Origin: Octopus vulgaris
Lineage: Eukaryota
Direction of reading: 5' to 3'
DNA: 64,000 nucleotides
Assembly (NCBI GenBank): GCA_951406725.2
Contig: OX597820.1
Coordinates: forward strand, 1,426,001 to 1,490,000
Positions 25,287 to 40,136 of this stretch are shown in pieces. The translations under genes were made by a program, and so were the position numbers. Each line of letters begins with the position of its first letter. Positions within the stretch are counted from its first letter, which is position 1. The notes under the pieces are model-generated. The model searched no databases, had not been told where the DNA came from, and saw only the letters and a list, made by a program, of their open reading frames with translations.

Positions 25287-28014
25287 TTTGGTATTGGCAA
25301 CATGAATGACAATGGCCAGAGACTACTTGAATTTTGCACATACCATAACCTGTGCATCACTAACACATTCTTTGCCAACAAGATATCCCACAAGGCATCT
25401 TGAAGTCATCCAAGATCTAACCATTGGCATCAGCTGGATCTCATCATTACACGAAGATCCTTTCTGAATTCTGTTCAACTGACCCGTAGTTACCACAGCG
25501 TGGATTGTGAAACAGATCATTCACTAATAAGAAGCAGGTTGAGGATTCTGTCTAAAAAGTCCATCACTCCAAGAAAATGGGCCGACCACGCATTAACACT
25601 GCCAGAACCTCAGACCCAACACTGCGAAAATGTTTTGCTGTTTCTATCAAAGTTGCCCTGAGTAGCTGCCCAACCTCCTCTGCTGAAAGTAGGTGGAATT
25701 ATATCAGGGAAGCTTTGAATACCACATCAATAGATACTTTCGGCATGAGAGAAAGGCGAAATCCAGATTTTGTTCAGTGCTGGGCTCTCAGAGCTGGAAA
25801 CAGTTATCGAAACAAAGCGTGCAGCTCTGATGTAATACAAGAGTGATTCTTCGATAAAGTCACTCGAAGAACTCAGAAAGGCAAGAAATAAAACCCAACT
25901 GACTGCCAGACGCTGCGCAAATAGGTATTGGCAGGAAATCTGTCAGAGTATCCAGTCAGCTGCTGACAGTGGCGACACCCGTGGGATGTATGCCGGTTTG
26001 AAGAAGGCCCTCGGTCCATCCGCAACCAAGTCAGCCCCTCTGAAATCAACTACTAGGGATCTCATCAAGGACCAAAGCAAGCAAATGGATAGATGGGTGG
26101 AGTACTACCAGGATCTCTACTCACGGGAGACCACAGTATCTGAGGCTGCAATCGAGGGTGTCAAGATCTTGCCAATCATGTGTGAACTTGACAGTCTGCC
26201 ATCTATAGCAGAGCTCACCAAGGCTATTGACTCCCTAGCAAGTAACAAGGCTCCGGGAAAAGACGGCATCCCCTTAGAGATCATCAAAGCCGGCAAAAAC
26301 ACCATCCTGCTTCGGCACATTCATGAGCTTCTGTGTCAGTGCTGGGAAGAGGGTACAGTCCCTCAGGATATGCAGGATGGTAACATCATTACGCTTTACA
26401 AAAACAAAGGTGAACGTGGTGATTGTAACAATTACCGTGGAATATCTCTTCTAAGCACTGTTGGAAAGGCCTCTGCTCGCATTACCCTGTCCAGGCTGCA
26501 ACTTCTTGCTTCTCGAATTTATCCAGAATCGCAGTGTGTCTTTAGAAGAAGCAGATCAACTATTGACATGATATTCTCCATACGCCAACTTCAGGAGAAG
26601 TCCAGAGAGCAGAAAATGCCATTATATATGGCCTTCATTGATCTGACAAAGGCCTTTGACTTGGTAAGTAGAAAAGGCCTCTTCATCCTGCTCCAAAAAA
26701 TCCGATGTCCACCAACGCTGCTGAGGATCATCACATCTTTCCATGATGATATGCAAGGCACCATACAGCACAATGGTTCAGCATCAGCCGCCTTCCAAAT
26801 AAAAAATGGGGTAAAGCAAGGTTGTGTCCTTGCTCCTACATTATTTGGCATCTTCTTCTCGCTGCTGCTGTCACATGCCTTTGTGACATCAGATGATGGA
26901 GTGTTTCTGCACAGTAGAAGTGATGGAAACTGTTCAATCTCTTGCGTCTGCGTGCCAAGACCAAAATCAGAAGCGTCCTGATCAAGGAGATGCTATTTGC
27001 TGATGATGCCGCTCTGGTATCACACACAGGAGAAGCCCTACAAAGGCTCATCAACTGTTTTGAGCAAGCATTTGGCAACTTTGGCTTATTTATCAGCCTC
27101 AAGAAGACCAACATCATGGGTCAGGCTACATCGACCATCCCAAAGATACATATTGGAGACCACAGACTACAGGAGGTGGAGAAGTTTACCTATCTTGGCT
27201 CTACCGTCACCTACAACCTATCCCTTGATACTGAGCTCAATATACGCATTGGCAAGGCAGCTGCTGTGATGGCCCAACTCTCCAAACGGGCATGGGACAA
27301 CAATAAGCTGACCAAGACCACAAAAATGAAGATTTACCAGGCATGTGTAATTAGCACTCTACTGTATGGAAGTGAGACGTGGACGTCATACACACGCCAT
27401 ACGACGCCATACGTCGCTTAAATATCTTTCACCTGCGCTACCTCCGGAAAATCCTTCGCATCAAATGGCAGAATCATGTCCCCAACAAAGATGTCTTCAA
27501 GTAAGCAAGAATACCAAGCATGTTTACACTCCTCACACAAAGACTTATGAGATGGCTTCGACATGTTAGCCGTATGGAAGATGGCAGAATCCCCAAGGAC
27601 ATACTCAACGGAGAGCTTGCTAGGGGAACTATGTCTGTGGGAAGACCGTTCTTACGATACAAGGATGTTTGAAAAAGGGACATGAATGCCTGCAACATCA
27701 ATATTACCAACTGAGAAGCAGTTGCTAGCAACCGTGGAGATTGGCGACGTACCGTAAAAGAGGGAACACAAAGGAGTGACATAGAGGGAGAGGAGAAATG
27801 GAAAGACAAGAAAAGACGTCAACAAGAAAGTATGACATTACAACCAGCCAGGCAAAGTCTTCGCTACATTTGCGGCACCTGCCAGAGGGAGTGTTTGTTC
27901 AGGATAGGACTACACAGCCACATCAGGAGATGTTTTAGGACATGAAATGTAAAAGCCGGACTAGATTATTTTATGCGCAACTCCATTGTCTCCCGAGACA
28001 AAAAGGATGCCAAC
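25287..28014 (+). mobile_element. 5'-truncated RTE-clade LINE (APE C-terminus, RT, C-terminal zinc knuckle), pseudogenised
   Basis: NDNGQRLLEFC, CETDH, YRGISLL, FIDLTKAFD, GVKQGCVLAPTLF, LFADD, FTYLGS, CGTCQRECLFRIGLHSH; RTE-type 3' end GTCTCCCGAGAC..GATGCCAAC; ~70-bp flanking direct repeat. Confidence 0.95.
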
Positions 28015-28252
28015 ATATATATGGATTTCGTAGACAGGAACTGAAACAAATCAATCGTATATATATGTACATATGTAAGTGTATGTGTGTGTCTTTGTGT
28101 CTGTGTTTCGCCCTCATCACTGCTTCACAACTGGTGTTCATTTATTTACATCCACAAAACTTACTGGTTTCACAAGAACAAACTAATAGAATAAGTACTT
28201 GGCTGTGTCTCAGATTTTTGTTTGCCCACTCAGTTGTATCTATCAATTTATC

Positions 28253-28316
<64 letters not shown>

Positions 28317-28324
28317 TGTGTGTA

Positions 28325-28376
<52 letters not shown>

Positions 28377-28589
28377 CAAAAGAAGAAAATTGAGAAATAC
28401 ACCTTAATCAATGATCAACTACCAGATAATACCCAATCACATAATCTATTAAACCACTACATATGAACATTAAGGTCAAACATAATAGTACAGAGCAAAA
28501 CAATGTACATCAATGTGTAATATGATACAATAAGTACAGCATGTATAAGTGAATGTAAATAAATACAAATATAAATATAAACTACATCT

Positions 28590-29633
28590 TATATATAACA
28601 CCCTAATGGGACCCTTAACTCCCAAATTTTAGTCATTTCTTTTATGATCCAAAACTAGGTCAAAAGTACTGAATGGATCTTTATGAAATTCGGAAATTAT
28701 ATTCTAAGCATAAGGGCCATAACCCCCATAAAAATTCATATATTTTTGCTGTTGATGAAATTTTAACCATAGATATTAGACACAAATGAAGTAATATTTA
28801 TAAAATTTCATCTTCTTACAAAGCTAGAAAGACCCCTCCATGGGGACTTAACACCCACAATTTTGTCATTTTATCTAAGCAAAAACGAATACAGTTGTGC
28901 TCTTTGAAGCTGTAGGGTTACCCGAGCATAAAAGTTGGTCATTATTTCTAATTCAATGGTACAACAGTGTAGCAGTTTGCTTTGACATACACTTACATTG
29001 TGATTTCTGCAATGTGGTGCATAAATTGTTAAGTAAATGAGAGGCATCTTTGTCTCCACTGATTCAGTTGCAAAGGGTTGAGTAAAGTTATTTGATTGCA
29101 GACCTCCTGTCAGTCTTTTTATTATCAGATGGTAACATTGATTAAAAGGCCTTCCCAAATGAGTGACTGGTTATTCAAAGACATTTATAGATTTTAAATT
29201 CATTCTGTCCAGTTACGTATCAGTATAGTGGTCATTTGCAAACTCCAGAGGTGACACTTTAATTTCTCCTAAGCCCTCACGTCACACAATTGTTAATGTT
29301 GATTTCAGTTGGGTCACGCCCTTCCAATTGCTATACATTCGTAATGCATCTTACGGCTGTGCCTGTCACCTGGATGGTGAGGAATCCTACATTGGGAGTG
29401 GTAACGACTAGGGTAGGGTAACTGACTGCTTATTGTGATCATTCGTCTTCTGGCTTCCATGTGGCACGATTACAAATTTTTTAGGGTGTGTAAAGAGGGA
29501 AATAACCCACATCTGCAATTTTGATGAAATTCGAAACATAGATATTCCAGTTCATTCAGAAAATATAACAGAAAAGTCTAACATTCAATTCTTCAATTGA
29601 ATGTAACCGGGCAACGCCGGGTATATCTGCTAG
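28590..29633 (+). mobile_element. Helitron-type 3' portion
   Basis: Terminal CCGGGCAACGCCGGG hairpin then CTGCTAG|T at 29630-29633; left boundary uncertain. Confidence 0.65.
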
Positions 29634-29934
29634 TTATAAATAAAATTCCGATCTTTCTCCCAGTAATATATCAAAATATTTAAGCATGTCCTTCTAACTT
29701 GTCAAAAGAAAACATCGGAAAATACAAACAGAATAATGGCTTTGAAAACTGTTGTAGCAATAAGATCTGCTCGAATTTAACCGTGTGACTCACATAGACA
29801 TAACTGCTGAGTGTCAACGAAATGGCGAGAGCGGTGGTGATACACGTTGGTATAGTATTGTGTCAAAAATGGGCAGAACGGAAGAGACTGGCAGTGTTAA
29901 GGAGAGAAAACTGAAGGAGAATGACAAGGAATAT

Positions 29935-29967
<33 letters not shown>

Positions 29968-30121
29968 TGAGAGAATGAAAACGAGATATTGGGATTTGTC
30001 TGAAGGCAGCAAACGATGTATTAAGAGAAGCATTTCAAGAGAAACGGGCAGAGAGGAGACTATAAGAATAGATGAAAAGAAAGAGACAGTGAGATACTGA
30101 GAGCTCTCTCTCTCTCTCTCT

Positions 30122-30163
<42 letters not shown>

Positions 30164-30319
30164 TACATACAAACATACATACCTATATATATGTTAGATG
30201 TATGTATATATGCACACTCACACGCACACACATATACACACGTACACAGACACACAAATGAAGGTTTATCAAATACCATACAACATAAATTCATGATTTA
30301 TTCAAATCATCTCCGCCTC

Positions 30320-30535
30320 TTTCGCTGGACATGTGTTTAGAAGAAAGGGCAATAGATGGAATAGCAAACTGAGAGAGTGGACAGCAGGTCCAGAAAGAAG
30401 AGGGAGGAGAAAATCATGCAGAAGCAGAAATGAGGAGACTCTTAAATTCTTCGGCAGCCAAACATGGCTGACGACGAAAACATCAGACCGTGATTGGTGG
30501 AGAGAACATGGGGAAGCTTGTGTCTTGCAATAGAC
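30320..30535 (+). pseudogene. RTE-type LINE C-terminal remnant
   Basis: [35 protein letters not shown]. Confidence 0.65.
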
Positions 30536-30640
30536 TGAATGTGTGCAACGATGATGTGTGTATAAATATATGCGATATGTGTGTATATGTACATATATAT
30601 ATATATATATGTATATATATATGTATATATGTATATGTGC

Positions 30641-30688
<48 letters not shown>

Positions 30689-30698
30689 GTGTGTGTGT

Positions 30699-31016
30699 GG
30701 AGGCGCTATGGCCCAGTGGTTAATGCAGCGGACTCGCGATCGTAGGATCGCGGTTTCGATTCCCAGACCGGGCGTTGTGAGTGTTTATTGAGCGAAAACA
30801 TCTAAAGCTCCACGAGGCTCCGGCAGGGGGTGGTGGCGAAACCTGCTGAACTCTTTCGCCACAACTTTCTCTCACTCTTTCTTCTGTTGGCCTGCTCGCG
30901 TAGCCAGCGAGCTGGTGGAATTTGAAGGCTAAAACAATTTGAAGCGCATTGTGACCAGCGATGTGTAGCAACATCTGATAGTCTGGTCGGTCACGGTGAT
31001 CACGGTGATCACGGTG

Positions 31017-31017
<1 letters not shown>
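30699..31017 (+). mobile_element. tRNA-derived SINE, family C
   Basis: A-box TGGCCCAGTGG, B-box GGTTTCGATTCC, (GATCACGGT)n tail; related heads at 38680 and 40137. Confidence 0.8.
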
Positions 31018-31062
<45 letters not shown>

Positions 31063-31063
31063 G

Positions 31064-31146
<83 letters not shown>

Positions 31147-31148
<2 letters not shown>

Positions 31149-31559
31149 TATATATAAAAAACTGAAATGCGTTTTTACCGCTTGGATCGCTTTCAATGCC
31201 ACTACATCCCGTCCGATTCGCTCCAAAATTTACAGGGACATGTAGAATGAGGTGACGATGCCCGTGGGCTACCTTAGAAATCCCTATCTTAAAAGGTGTG
31301 GTTGCTAGGGGCCATCTTCCTCACTCACGCTATTTCCTCCATTACCCTCTCACTCCCCTTCACTTATAACTTTGACAATTCCACTACCGTTATTTAAAGT
31401 ATCTGTCTTCCTAAAATCAATCTCGCTATTTCCACTCTTTTTCACTTACTCTGTTTCCTACCTTCCCATCACGTCGACGTTCTTTTATGTATATGTCTGT
31501 CACCAACAACACACGAGCATGAGAACAAATATTATGAATCAGATATTCTTGCGTTCATT

Positions 31560-31590
<31 letters not shown>

Positions 31591-31985
31591 TCTATATATA
31601 AATCATCATCATCATCATCATCGTTTAACGTCCGTTTTCCGCGCTGTGTGTATGTGTGTGTGTTCTATATATAAATATGTATATATATAATGTATATATA
31701 CAAAGTGTATATATCTGTATTTATGTATATTAAACTTTTTCATACTTTTTCATAGTTATATATATTTTTAAACAAATTATAAATATAATTTAATAATTTT
31801 TATTTTCAATTTAAATAATTTAAATTTTTCAATTTTCAATTTTATATATTTTATATATTATATTTTTTTTTAATGTTTTTGCTTTTGGTTTTTCTCTGTT
31901 TGATTTGCCTATTAGTGTTTTTATCTCTAATTTAATTTATACAGATATATATCTCATTTGTATACATTTGTATATATAATGCGTG

Positions 31986-32023
<38 letters not shown>

Positions 32024-33216
32024 CACACATATATATATATAATGTGTGCATTACGTAGTCGGTCGATTCAGCTGAAAATATGCACACCTATGTTAAAAGT
32101 GCTGGCAAGTTTGCATGACAACTATTTTTTTCCTCTAGGACAAAATTCCTCATCTTATAAATTGTGGCCCCAGTAGACCCGAATGAAATCGGGTTATATT
32201 AACCAAAATGTGAAAAGGGGTCTAAATGGGGCTGGAAGGGGATTAAAATTTCAAGGAGCGGGTGTTTCCGAATTCTCTGTTACATCAAGCTAAAAAATTT
32301 GCGCCAGCCTTTTAATCTTCAATGTGTTGCCGTCCATGATGAAGAGGTTTTGAATGCTTGCCATGGTGAGTCTACTGTCGTGAGAAAGAATCACTTCAAA
32401 ACTTGGTGTTTACGAATTTTCTTTTACATCAAGTTCAAAATTTTACGCCAGCTGTTTAACTGTCAATACGTTGCTGTCCATCGTTAAGAAATGCCAGCCA
32501 TGGTGACTCTACTATCCTCAGATTCTATCCCTTCAAACTTTGGTTTCCAATATTTTATTATTTTTATTCAGCTCGCAAGTTCGTCTGTCCCTTTTAAATG
32601 TTAGTGTTTTGCTGTCTGCCTTGAATCAGACCTTTCCGTTGCCACTGCCTGATATTTATGATTGATCTTTCTAAATATTTTATTTCTCAACTTACTCAAG
32701 ATCTTCTGTTGTTTATAAATAGGAGAGAGATAGATAAAGATAGAGAGTAAGAGAAAGCGAGGGAGAGTCCGAGAGAAAAGAAAAGTAAGAGAGTGGGAAA
32801 GTGAGAGAGAAAGGAGAGAGAAACAAAGAGGGAGAATCATCATCATCATCATCATCGTTTAACGTCCGTTTTCCGTGCTAGCACGGGTTGGACAGTGTGA
32901 CCGGGGATCTGGGAAGCCAGGAGGCTGCACCAGGCTCCAGTCTGATCTGGCAGTGTTTCTACAGGTGGGTGCCCTTCCTAACGCCAACCACTCTGTGAGT
33001 GTAGTGGGTGCTTTTTTCGTGCCACCGGCACAGGTGCCAGGGGGCTCGCAGCGGCAACGATCGGTTGGTACTTTTTACGTGCCACCGGCACAGAAGCAAG
33101 TCAAGGCGGCGCTGCAATCGGCCACGTTCGGATGGTGCTTTTTACGTGCTGAAAGGAAGCAACAGAAAGTAACAACCACACTCTTACCCGCGCGTAGAGC
33201 GGGTCACCTTCAGCTA

Positions 33217-33217
<1 letters not shown>
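31147..33217 (+). mobile_element. Non-autonomous Helitron with nested microsatellites and a SINE
   Basis: 5' TATATAAAAAACTGAAATGCG; 3' CCCGC(GCGTAGA)GCGGG hairpin then CAGCTAG|T; pairing of these two ends is inferred. Confidence 0.55.
32838..33150 (-). mobile_element. SINE with RTE-like 3' tail (CATGGAAAACGGACGTTAAACGATGAT)
   Basis: Reverse-complement homolog of 43982-44187. Confidence 0.8.
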
Positions 33218-33299
<82 letters not shown>

Positions 33300-33799
33300 A
33301 CAGACACACACACACATATATAAATGTACATAGTCATACTTCTGCTTCATTGTGGTCTAAATTTCTGAATCTGAATACAGCCATAAATTTTTAATGAACC
33401 AAATAATCAAAGAGTTTCGTCGTTTAAAAAAACCATTGAAACATTATCAAGATATTCTGATCTAAATGAATAATGTCATCCGCCTCCGGCTGACTCATAT
33501 GAGACGAACGACTTCATTCAACCGGCGGCGGCAACCTGTATAATCTTGCATAAAATTTCACATATTACACATTGTTTTGCAACTGATTCAGGCATGCTTA
33601 ATTTAATTAGACCGAAACCGGTTTTAAACGTAGATGACAGCAAAAATCTTGGACAGGATACGGACATAATCTAAACACACTACAGCTGAAAGGACCTCTC
33701 AGATTTTGGGACTATTTACAATTTTGTTCCTTTATTTTTTTAATTAATTAGCTTAATGGATGGTGAGTGCTAATTATCTTTCTTTTATGTCTTATTTTT

Positions 33800-34098
33800 C
33801 GCTCGTTTCAGTCATTTGACTGCGGCCATGCTAAGGCACCACCTTCAAGAATTTTAATCGAATGAATTGACCCCCCACCCACCACCTTGTTTTTAAATCC
33901 TGGTACTTATTGTATCGGTCTTTCGCCGAACCTCTAAGTTACGAGGACGTAAACCAAATCCGTCTACCAAATCAAATCATAAGGCTTTGGTCGGCCCGAG
34001 GCTATAGTAGACACAGGCCCAAGATGTCACGCAGTGGGACTGAACCCGGAAACATGTGGTTGGGAAGCAAGCTTCTTACCACACAGCGACACTGCACC
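33800..34098 (-). mobile_element. Family B SINE
   Basis: TTTCAGTCATTTGACTGCGGCCATG tail and GGGACTGAACCCGG head. Confidence 0.75.
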
Positions 34099-34212
34099 TA
34101 TATTGATATAAATTTGTGCAGATCATGAGAGGTTCCGGACTAGAAGCGTCCAGAAAGCTGGCGTTGAACCAATACTAAAATATTTACTATTTAATATGAT
34201 TGAATGGAATAA

Positions 34213-34272
<60 letters not shown>

Positions 34273-34786
34273 GTGGAGTGTTTGTTAATACTGCTTCGTT
34301 GCCATGACACAGTTGTCCGGGTACAAGAGATTGAAATGTCAAGCTGTTCACGTCTATTGTCAACAGCAATGTATGTAAGGAATGTGAACTCCGGGTGGAA
34401 GTGGCTGCAGGGTGGTAGAAGCTGGTGATGGTGGTGGTGTGGGCGGGCGGGCGGTGGTGGTGGTGGTGTTGGTGGTGGTTGTGAGGGTAGTTGTAGTGGA
34501 TTAAAACTGTGAGTCTATTAGGCTGTCGGTGTGGTTAGGGGCAAACAAATCACTGCTGTTCTTTGAAATGGACTCAACAGAACACTCAAAACTTAAAGGT
34601 TGACTTGCTGTTTATCATGTTTGTATGCGAGTGTGTGCGTGTGTATGGATTCATGCGTACATGTGCATATGTGTGTGTATGGATATATATATATGTGCGT
34701 GTGTGCGCGCGCGTGCATGCGTGTCTGCTCACTAGTGCATTTGTTGATGTATACATAGCTCAGTATCTTTTAACCCTTTGCTTCTT

Positions 34787-35148
34787 GGTACTTTTCGGTT
34801 ATCTCACCCCCATTAAAAAACTGGGTTATCTCCCCAAGTTTTATGAGAAATATCGGTACTTTTGGTTATCTCATCTTAAAAAAATGTTTAACCCTCAATA
34901 AACCGGAAAAACAAAACTGAAACGATGAAACATCTCATTGAATCTGATGACATTTTTCATACCAAATCCTACCATTCCTATTGAGGAGGCCAAAAGAGTC
35001 ACCAATGTGTTGAAGTATTGAATCAAAAGGATCGAACTCTTTCGATCCAATCTCTCGTCGCCACATTAACTCGATTTTTTAGTGGGGAGATAACCCAGTT
35101 TTTTTTATGGCGATTGTTTTAATGGGGGTGAGATAACCAAAAAGAACC
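34787..35148. mobile_element. MITE with GG-start TIRs and 8-bp TSD (Merlin-like)
   Basis: TIR GGTACTTTTCGGTTATCTCACCCCCATTAAAA / TTTTAATGGGGGTGAGATAACCAAAAAGAACC; TSD TGCTTCTT/TGCTTCAT. Confidence 0.75.
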
Positions 35149-35339
35149 TGCTTCATTCTGTCAATAGACTGCGGCCACACAGGAGCACTGTACTTAATTC
35201 CTCAATCGGTAAGTTGCAAGGACGTAAACAAACCAATACTGTTGTTTAAGCAGTGGTGAAAGAGGTAAACACAAAGACATACACACCCGGAACCATGTGG
35301 TTGGTAAGCAAGCTCCTTACCTCTCAGCCACGCCTGCAC

Positions 35340-35378
<39 letters not shown>

Positions 35379-35589
35379 CAGGGTAGCCCTAAGGTAGGTT
35401 TCCAGTTATTCAACAGTCTCTTTCACATTCATATATTAACAGTTTAGATCTTAATTATAAAATTATACGAAGCCATTATTCTACGCTAATTTAGTTAATT
35501 CTGTCAAGCTCCCTTTTGTATGTACGTAAGATAGAAATTTAAACGTAATAAAATGTTTTAAAAGAAACTTAAAGTGTCCACGTGCTAAC

Positions 35590-35840
35590 TGTAAACCTAT
35601 TGAAAGAAACCCGTCGTATATATAAATGTGTGTGTGTCTGTGTGTGTATCTGTGTTTGCCCCCCCCCTTTCTTGACAACTGATGCTGGTATGTTTATGTC
35701 CCCATAGCATAGCGGTTCGGCAAAAGAGACCGATAGAATAAGTACTAGGCTTACAAAGAATAAGTCCTGGGGTCGATTTGCCCGACTGAAAGGCGGTGCT
35801 CCAGCATGGCCACAGTCAGATGACTGAAACACGTGAAAGA
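35590..35840 (+). mobile_element. Family B SINE 3' part
   Basis: GCGGTTCGGCAAAAGAGACCGATAGAATAAGTAC...CAGCATGGCCACAGTCAGATGACTGAAAC. Confidence 0.75.
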
Positions 35841-36254
35841 ATACGAGATAAACGTTGAAAGCTCAGATAAAGCGATCTATGATCAAATGTGTTCCAACTA
35901 TGACCATCCCTGTATATCTGTTACTCCAAGGTCCAGTGTATCCTACTCCAATTTCAAAAGGGTGTGATTTGAAGATTTGTCGGTTATTTTGGTAGGTCTA
36001 GCAACCGAGAGGCTCCTTGTCTGTGTAAATGTGTGTGTGACTAAGAAAGACAGTGTGACACAGTATTTAAGAAGACGGAAGAGTATTGCTATGTTACGTG
36101 CAAACTGAGTGTTGCACGTTTTGACAGTATAAAGGTGGGCGGACATATTACGCACGGGAAGGCAAGGAGGAAGGGGTGGGGGGGACTGAAGAATGAAGGA
36201 AGTTAATAGGTGGACAGACAGACTAGCAGGCAGACTGACAGGTAGCAGACAAAT

Positions 36255-36703
<449 letters not shown>

Positions 36704-36972
36704 ATCAGATTGATAGACACTTAGAACGAGAGTGTGAGAGAAAGAGAGAGAGAGAGAGAGATAATTATCCTATCTAGATGTCTGTATACAAATGTAAATT
36801 ATCAGTTAACACAAATCTTCGTTGAACTATAAATAAAAGGTTGTCTGTACAAACATGTTTTCGAGAGAGTTTGAAGCATGTCTAAATTGAAAACTAAAAA
36901 AGCCAAAACAAAGGTAACAACAACAACAACAACAACGACGACGACGACGACGACGATGATGACGACGACGAC

Positions 36973-37012
<40 letters not shown>

Positions 37013-37381
37013 AATAAATAAAAGAAAGACAAAGAGAATGTAAAGATGAAAATAACTGTTTATCGGACGACATTGTTTCTGCAATGAAAGCAAGAAAATG
37101 TCACGCTGTGCACATAACAAGTGTCGTCCAATGGCACAATGGGGGAGCTACATAACAAGCTGCCATGCACTTCGGAGCAGCAGATATTATGTGCTTACTT
37201 ACCAGACGAATCATCTGATATAACACTGCCGCCATATTCTTTATTCTTCAGTCATCTGGTTTCCTTTTGTCATTCATTATGCAATCTTATTTGTATTTGT
37301 TTATTTGTATTTATTTATTTATTTATTTACTTATTTATTTATTTATTTATTAGCGTTTTGTCTTTACTGTTATAGAATAAA

Positions 37382-37625
37382 AGGCGGCGAGGAGCTGGCA
37401 GAATCGTTAGCAGGCCGGGCGAAATGCTTAGTGGTATTTCGTCTGCGGTTACGTTCTGAGTTCAAATTCCGCCGAGGTCGACTTTGCCTTTCATCCTTTC
37501 GGGGTCGATTAAATAAGTACCAGTTACGCACTGGGGTCGATATAATCGACTTAATCCATTTGTCTGTCCGTGTTTGTCCTCTCTGTGTTTAGCCCCTTGT
37601 GGGTAGAAAAGAAATAGGTATTTCC
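37382..37625 (+). mobile_element. Full-length family A SINE
   Basis: GGCGGCGAGGAGCTGGCAGAATCGTTAG...GAAATAGGTATTTC. Confidence 0.85.
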
Positions 37626-38228
37626 TATGGAATATGAGGAAATAAACAGGAAGAGAATTAAAAAAATTGTGGATTTAGCGGTCAGTCATGGCAGTCAATA
37701 TATATATGTAGATGTATGTATTTGTCCCCCCTCGCTTGACAACCGATGTTGTGTGTTTACGTACCCGGAACTCAATGGTTCGGCGAAAGAGACCGATAAA
37801 ATAAGTACTAGGCTTACAAAGAACAAGTACCGGATGTCGATTTGTTCGGCTAAAAAGGAGGTGCTCCAGCATGGTCGCAGTCAAACGACTGAAACAAATA
37901 AAAGAATATAAGAATACTGAACGAAGTGTTAGTTTTAGATTAGACACAAGGCCTTATATTTAGTGGGGAGGGTTTAGTCATCAATTTACCTGAGTGTATC
38001 ACTGGTACTCAATTTACTGGCACCGAAAATATGGAATTAGAACAGAAAGCGTTAAGGGACACAACTAAAGGGCACAGGGTACTCATCAAAACGCTCACCC
38101 GACTCCACAAATCTACCATCCTTACGAAATCACATCTCGAGCGTTGAATGCGTTAACCGAGACCTATGGTTATGGTGGGGGAGGGGGAGGGGAGATGAAT
38201 AAGGGTGGGGTGAAATTTGTCTTATGCC

Positions 38229-38393
38229 GGATGTTCACAAAGTCTCCCCGCAGTAAAGTATTTAATGGTTTTCGGATGATTCTTGTACACTGACCCTTTT
38301 CTTGCTCCCCAGAGAAAAAGTCTGGCGGTGTTGAATCAGGTGATCTTGGTGGCCAAAGTCCCTTCGAAATAATCCGTTCACCGAAAAACTCTT
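38229..38393 (-). mobile_element. Partial copy of the 232-bp Tc1-derived MITE
   Basis: Reverse-complement homolog of ~41680-41845. Confidence 0.75.
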
Positions 38394-38679
38394 ACATACA
38401 TACATACACACACATACATACATACATACATACATACATACATACATACATACACACATACATACATACACACATACATACATACATACACACATACATA
38501 CATACATACATACATACATACATACACACATACATACATACATACACACACACATACATACATACATACACACGTGTGCGCGCTGAAATATACACATACA
38601 AACAGAAAAAAGCTGAAACAGAGAGAGGGAGAGAGAGTAAAATTTCTTAATTGAACGCCATTGACTTAAACACGTTGGT

Positions 38680-38970
38680 GGAGGCACATGTCCTAGTGGT
38701 TAGAGCAGCGGACTCGCGGTCGAGGGATCGCGGGTTCGAATCTCAGACCAGACGATGTGTGTGTTTATGAGCAAAACACCTAAGCTCCACGCGGCTCCGG
38801 CCGAAAGTAATGGCGAAACTTCTGCTGACTCTTTCGCCACAACTTTCTCTCACTCTTTCCTCCTGCATCTTGCAGCTCATCTGCGATGGACCGGCGTCCA
38901 GTTCAGGTGGGGAACCTACACGCCAGGAAACCGGGAAACCGGCCCTTATGAGCCAGGCATGGCTCGAGAA
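38680..38970 (+). mobile_element. Family C SINE
   Basis: TGTCCTAGTGGTTAGAGCAGCGGACTCGCG..GGTTCGAATC. Confidence 0.8.
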
Positions 38971-39634
38971 GAAACAATCAAAACACGTTCCCTCTTCTCA
39001 AACCCATAAAGAGAAATATACTCATTTGCATAAACCAAGCGAGAAGGAGAAGAGAACGAAATAACCCTTCAAAACGAGAGAACCATTAAAACATATGATG
39101 TCAAATACGTCAGTGTCAAATCAGCGACGCCGGATAAGCAGCGTCGAAACAGCTGTGCCGAAACGTCTCACACTCTGTAATACTCGTTCAATAACACACA
39201 CAAAATAGAATTTGTTCAAACACATATAATTTACTTCCTTTTCCTCATCTTGACAAATGGCTACTTGTACGAAACATTTATTTTGTTTATTGCAGCGTAA
39301 TACACAAACTTTGTTTATTCTTGTGCTGCTGTTGTTATTGCTGTTTATTACATTTTTATCTTTTTAAACGATATAACTTAATTTCTCTAAATAAATATAT
39401 TTATTAAATTTAATGATGAAGCAAATTGACAAAGAAAACAAGACAACATGATATTTCATTAATCCAGTCGCTGGACTCCATTTTGCCCACACCACGCTCC
39501 TCATAATTATCAACGATTCGCTTAATCGTCTTTTATTTATTTTAAAAGAAAATATATAGTTACCACTGACTTAGTTTGGCTCAACCATCGCTAATCAGAA
39601 AAGAATTGCTGATGAAATTAGCATTTTCAGTGAG

Positions 39635-39670
<36 letters not shown>

Positions 39671-39833
39671 CGACGGGCTTCTTTCAGTTACCGTCTACTA
39701 GATCCATTCACAATGCTCTAATTGGCCCAAGGCTATAGTAGAAGACACTTGCCTAAGGTGCCACGCAATGGTACTGAACCCAGAACCATGTGGTTGGTAA
39801 GCAAGCTACTTACCACACAGCCACTCCTGCGCC
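39671..39833 (-). mobile_element. Family B SINE head
   Basis: ACACAGCCACTCCTGCGCC at the 5' end. Confidence 0.75.
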
Positions 39834-40136
39834 TATACACACACACACACACTCACACACACTCACATAAGGATAAGCATATTAAAAGGGCTCCGTGGGA
39901 AAACTCATTTAAATAAAAGGGCTGGAACCACTGTTAGGAACCTTTGTGAAAAGGTTGGGAACCACTGGCCGATAGTGTCCTTCCTTATTCAAGACGATAG
40001 GCTATTACTTGTGGGAAATTTAATTCCTATTTCTAGTTGGCTCAGCGATTACGTACAAGTCCCTTCGTCAGCTAAACTAGATCCCCCGACAGGAAGGCCA
40101 CCAGGTCACCAGCAATAAATTATCTTAACATTGGTG

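Noticed and set aside
30699-30775. Functional tRNA genes (also 38680, 40137)
   Set aside because: A/B boxes run into SINE bodies, cloverleafs are imperfect and there is no terminator
33580-33630. Hammerhead around GAAACCGGTT
   Set aside because: No convincing CUGANGA or stem I
34298-34310. RFX X-box-like GTTGCCATGACAC
   Set aside because: Single imperfect motif with no promoter context
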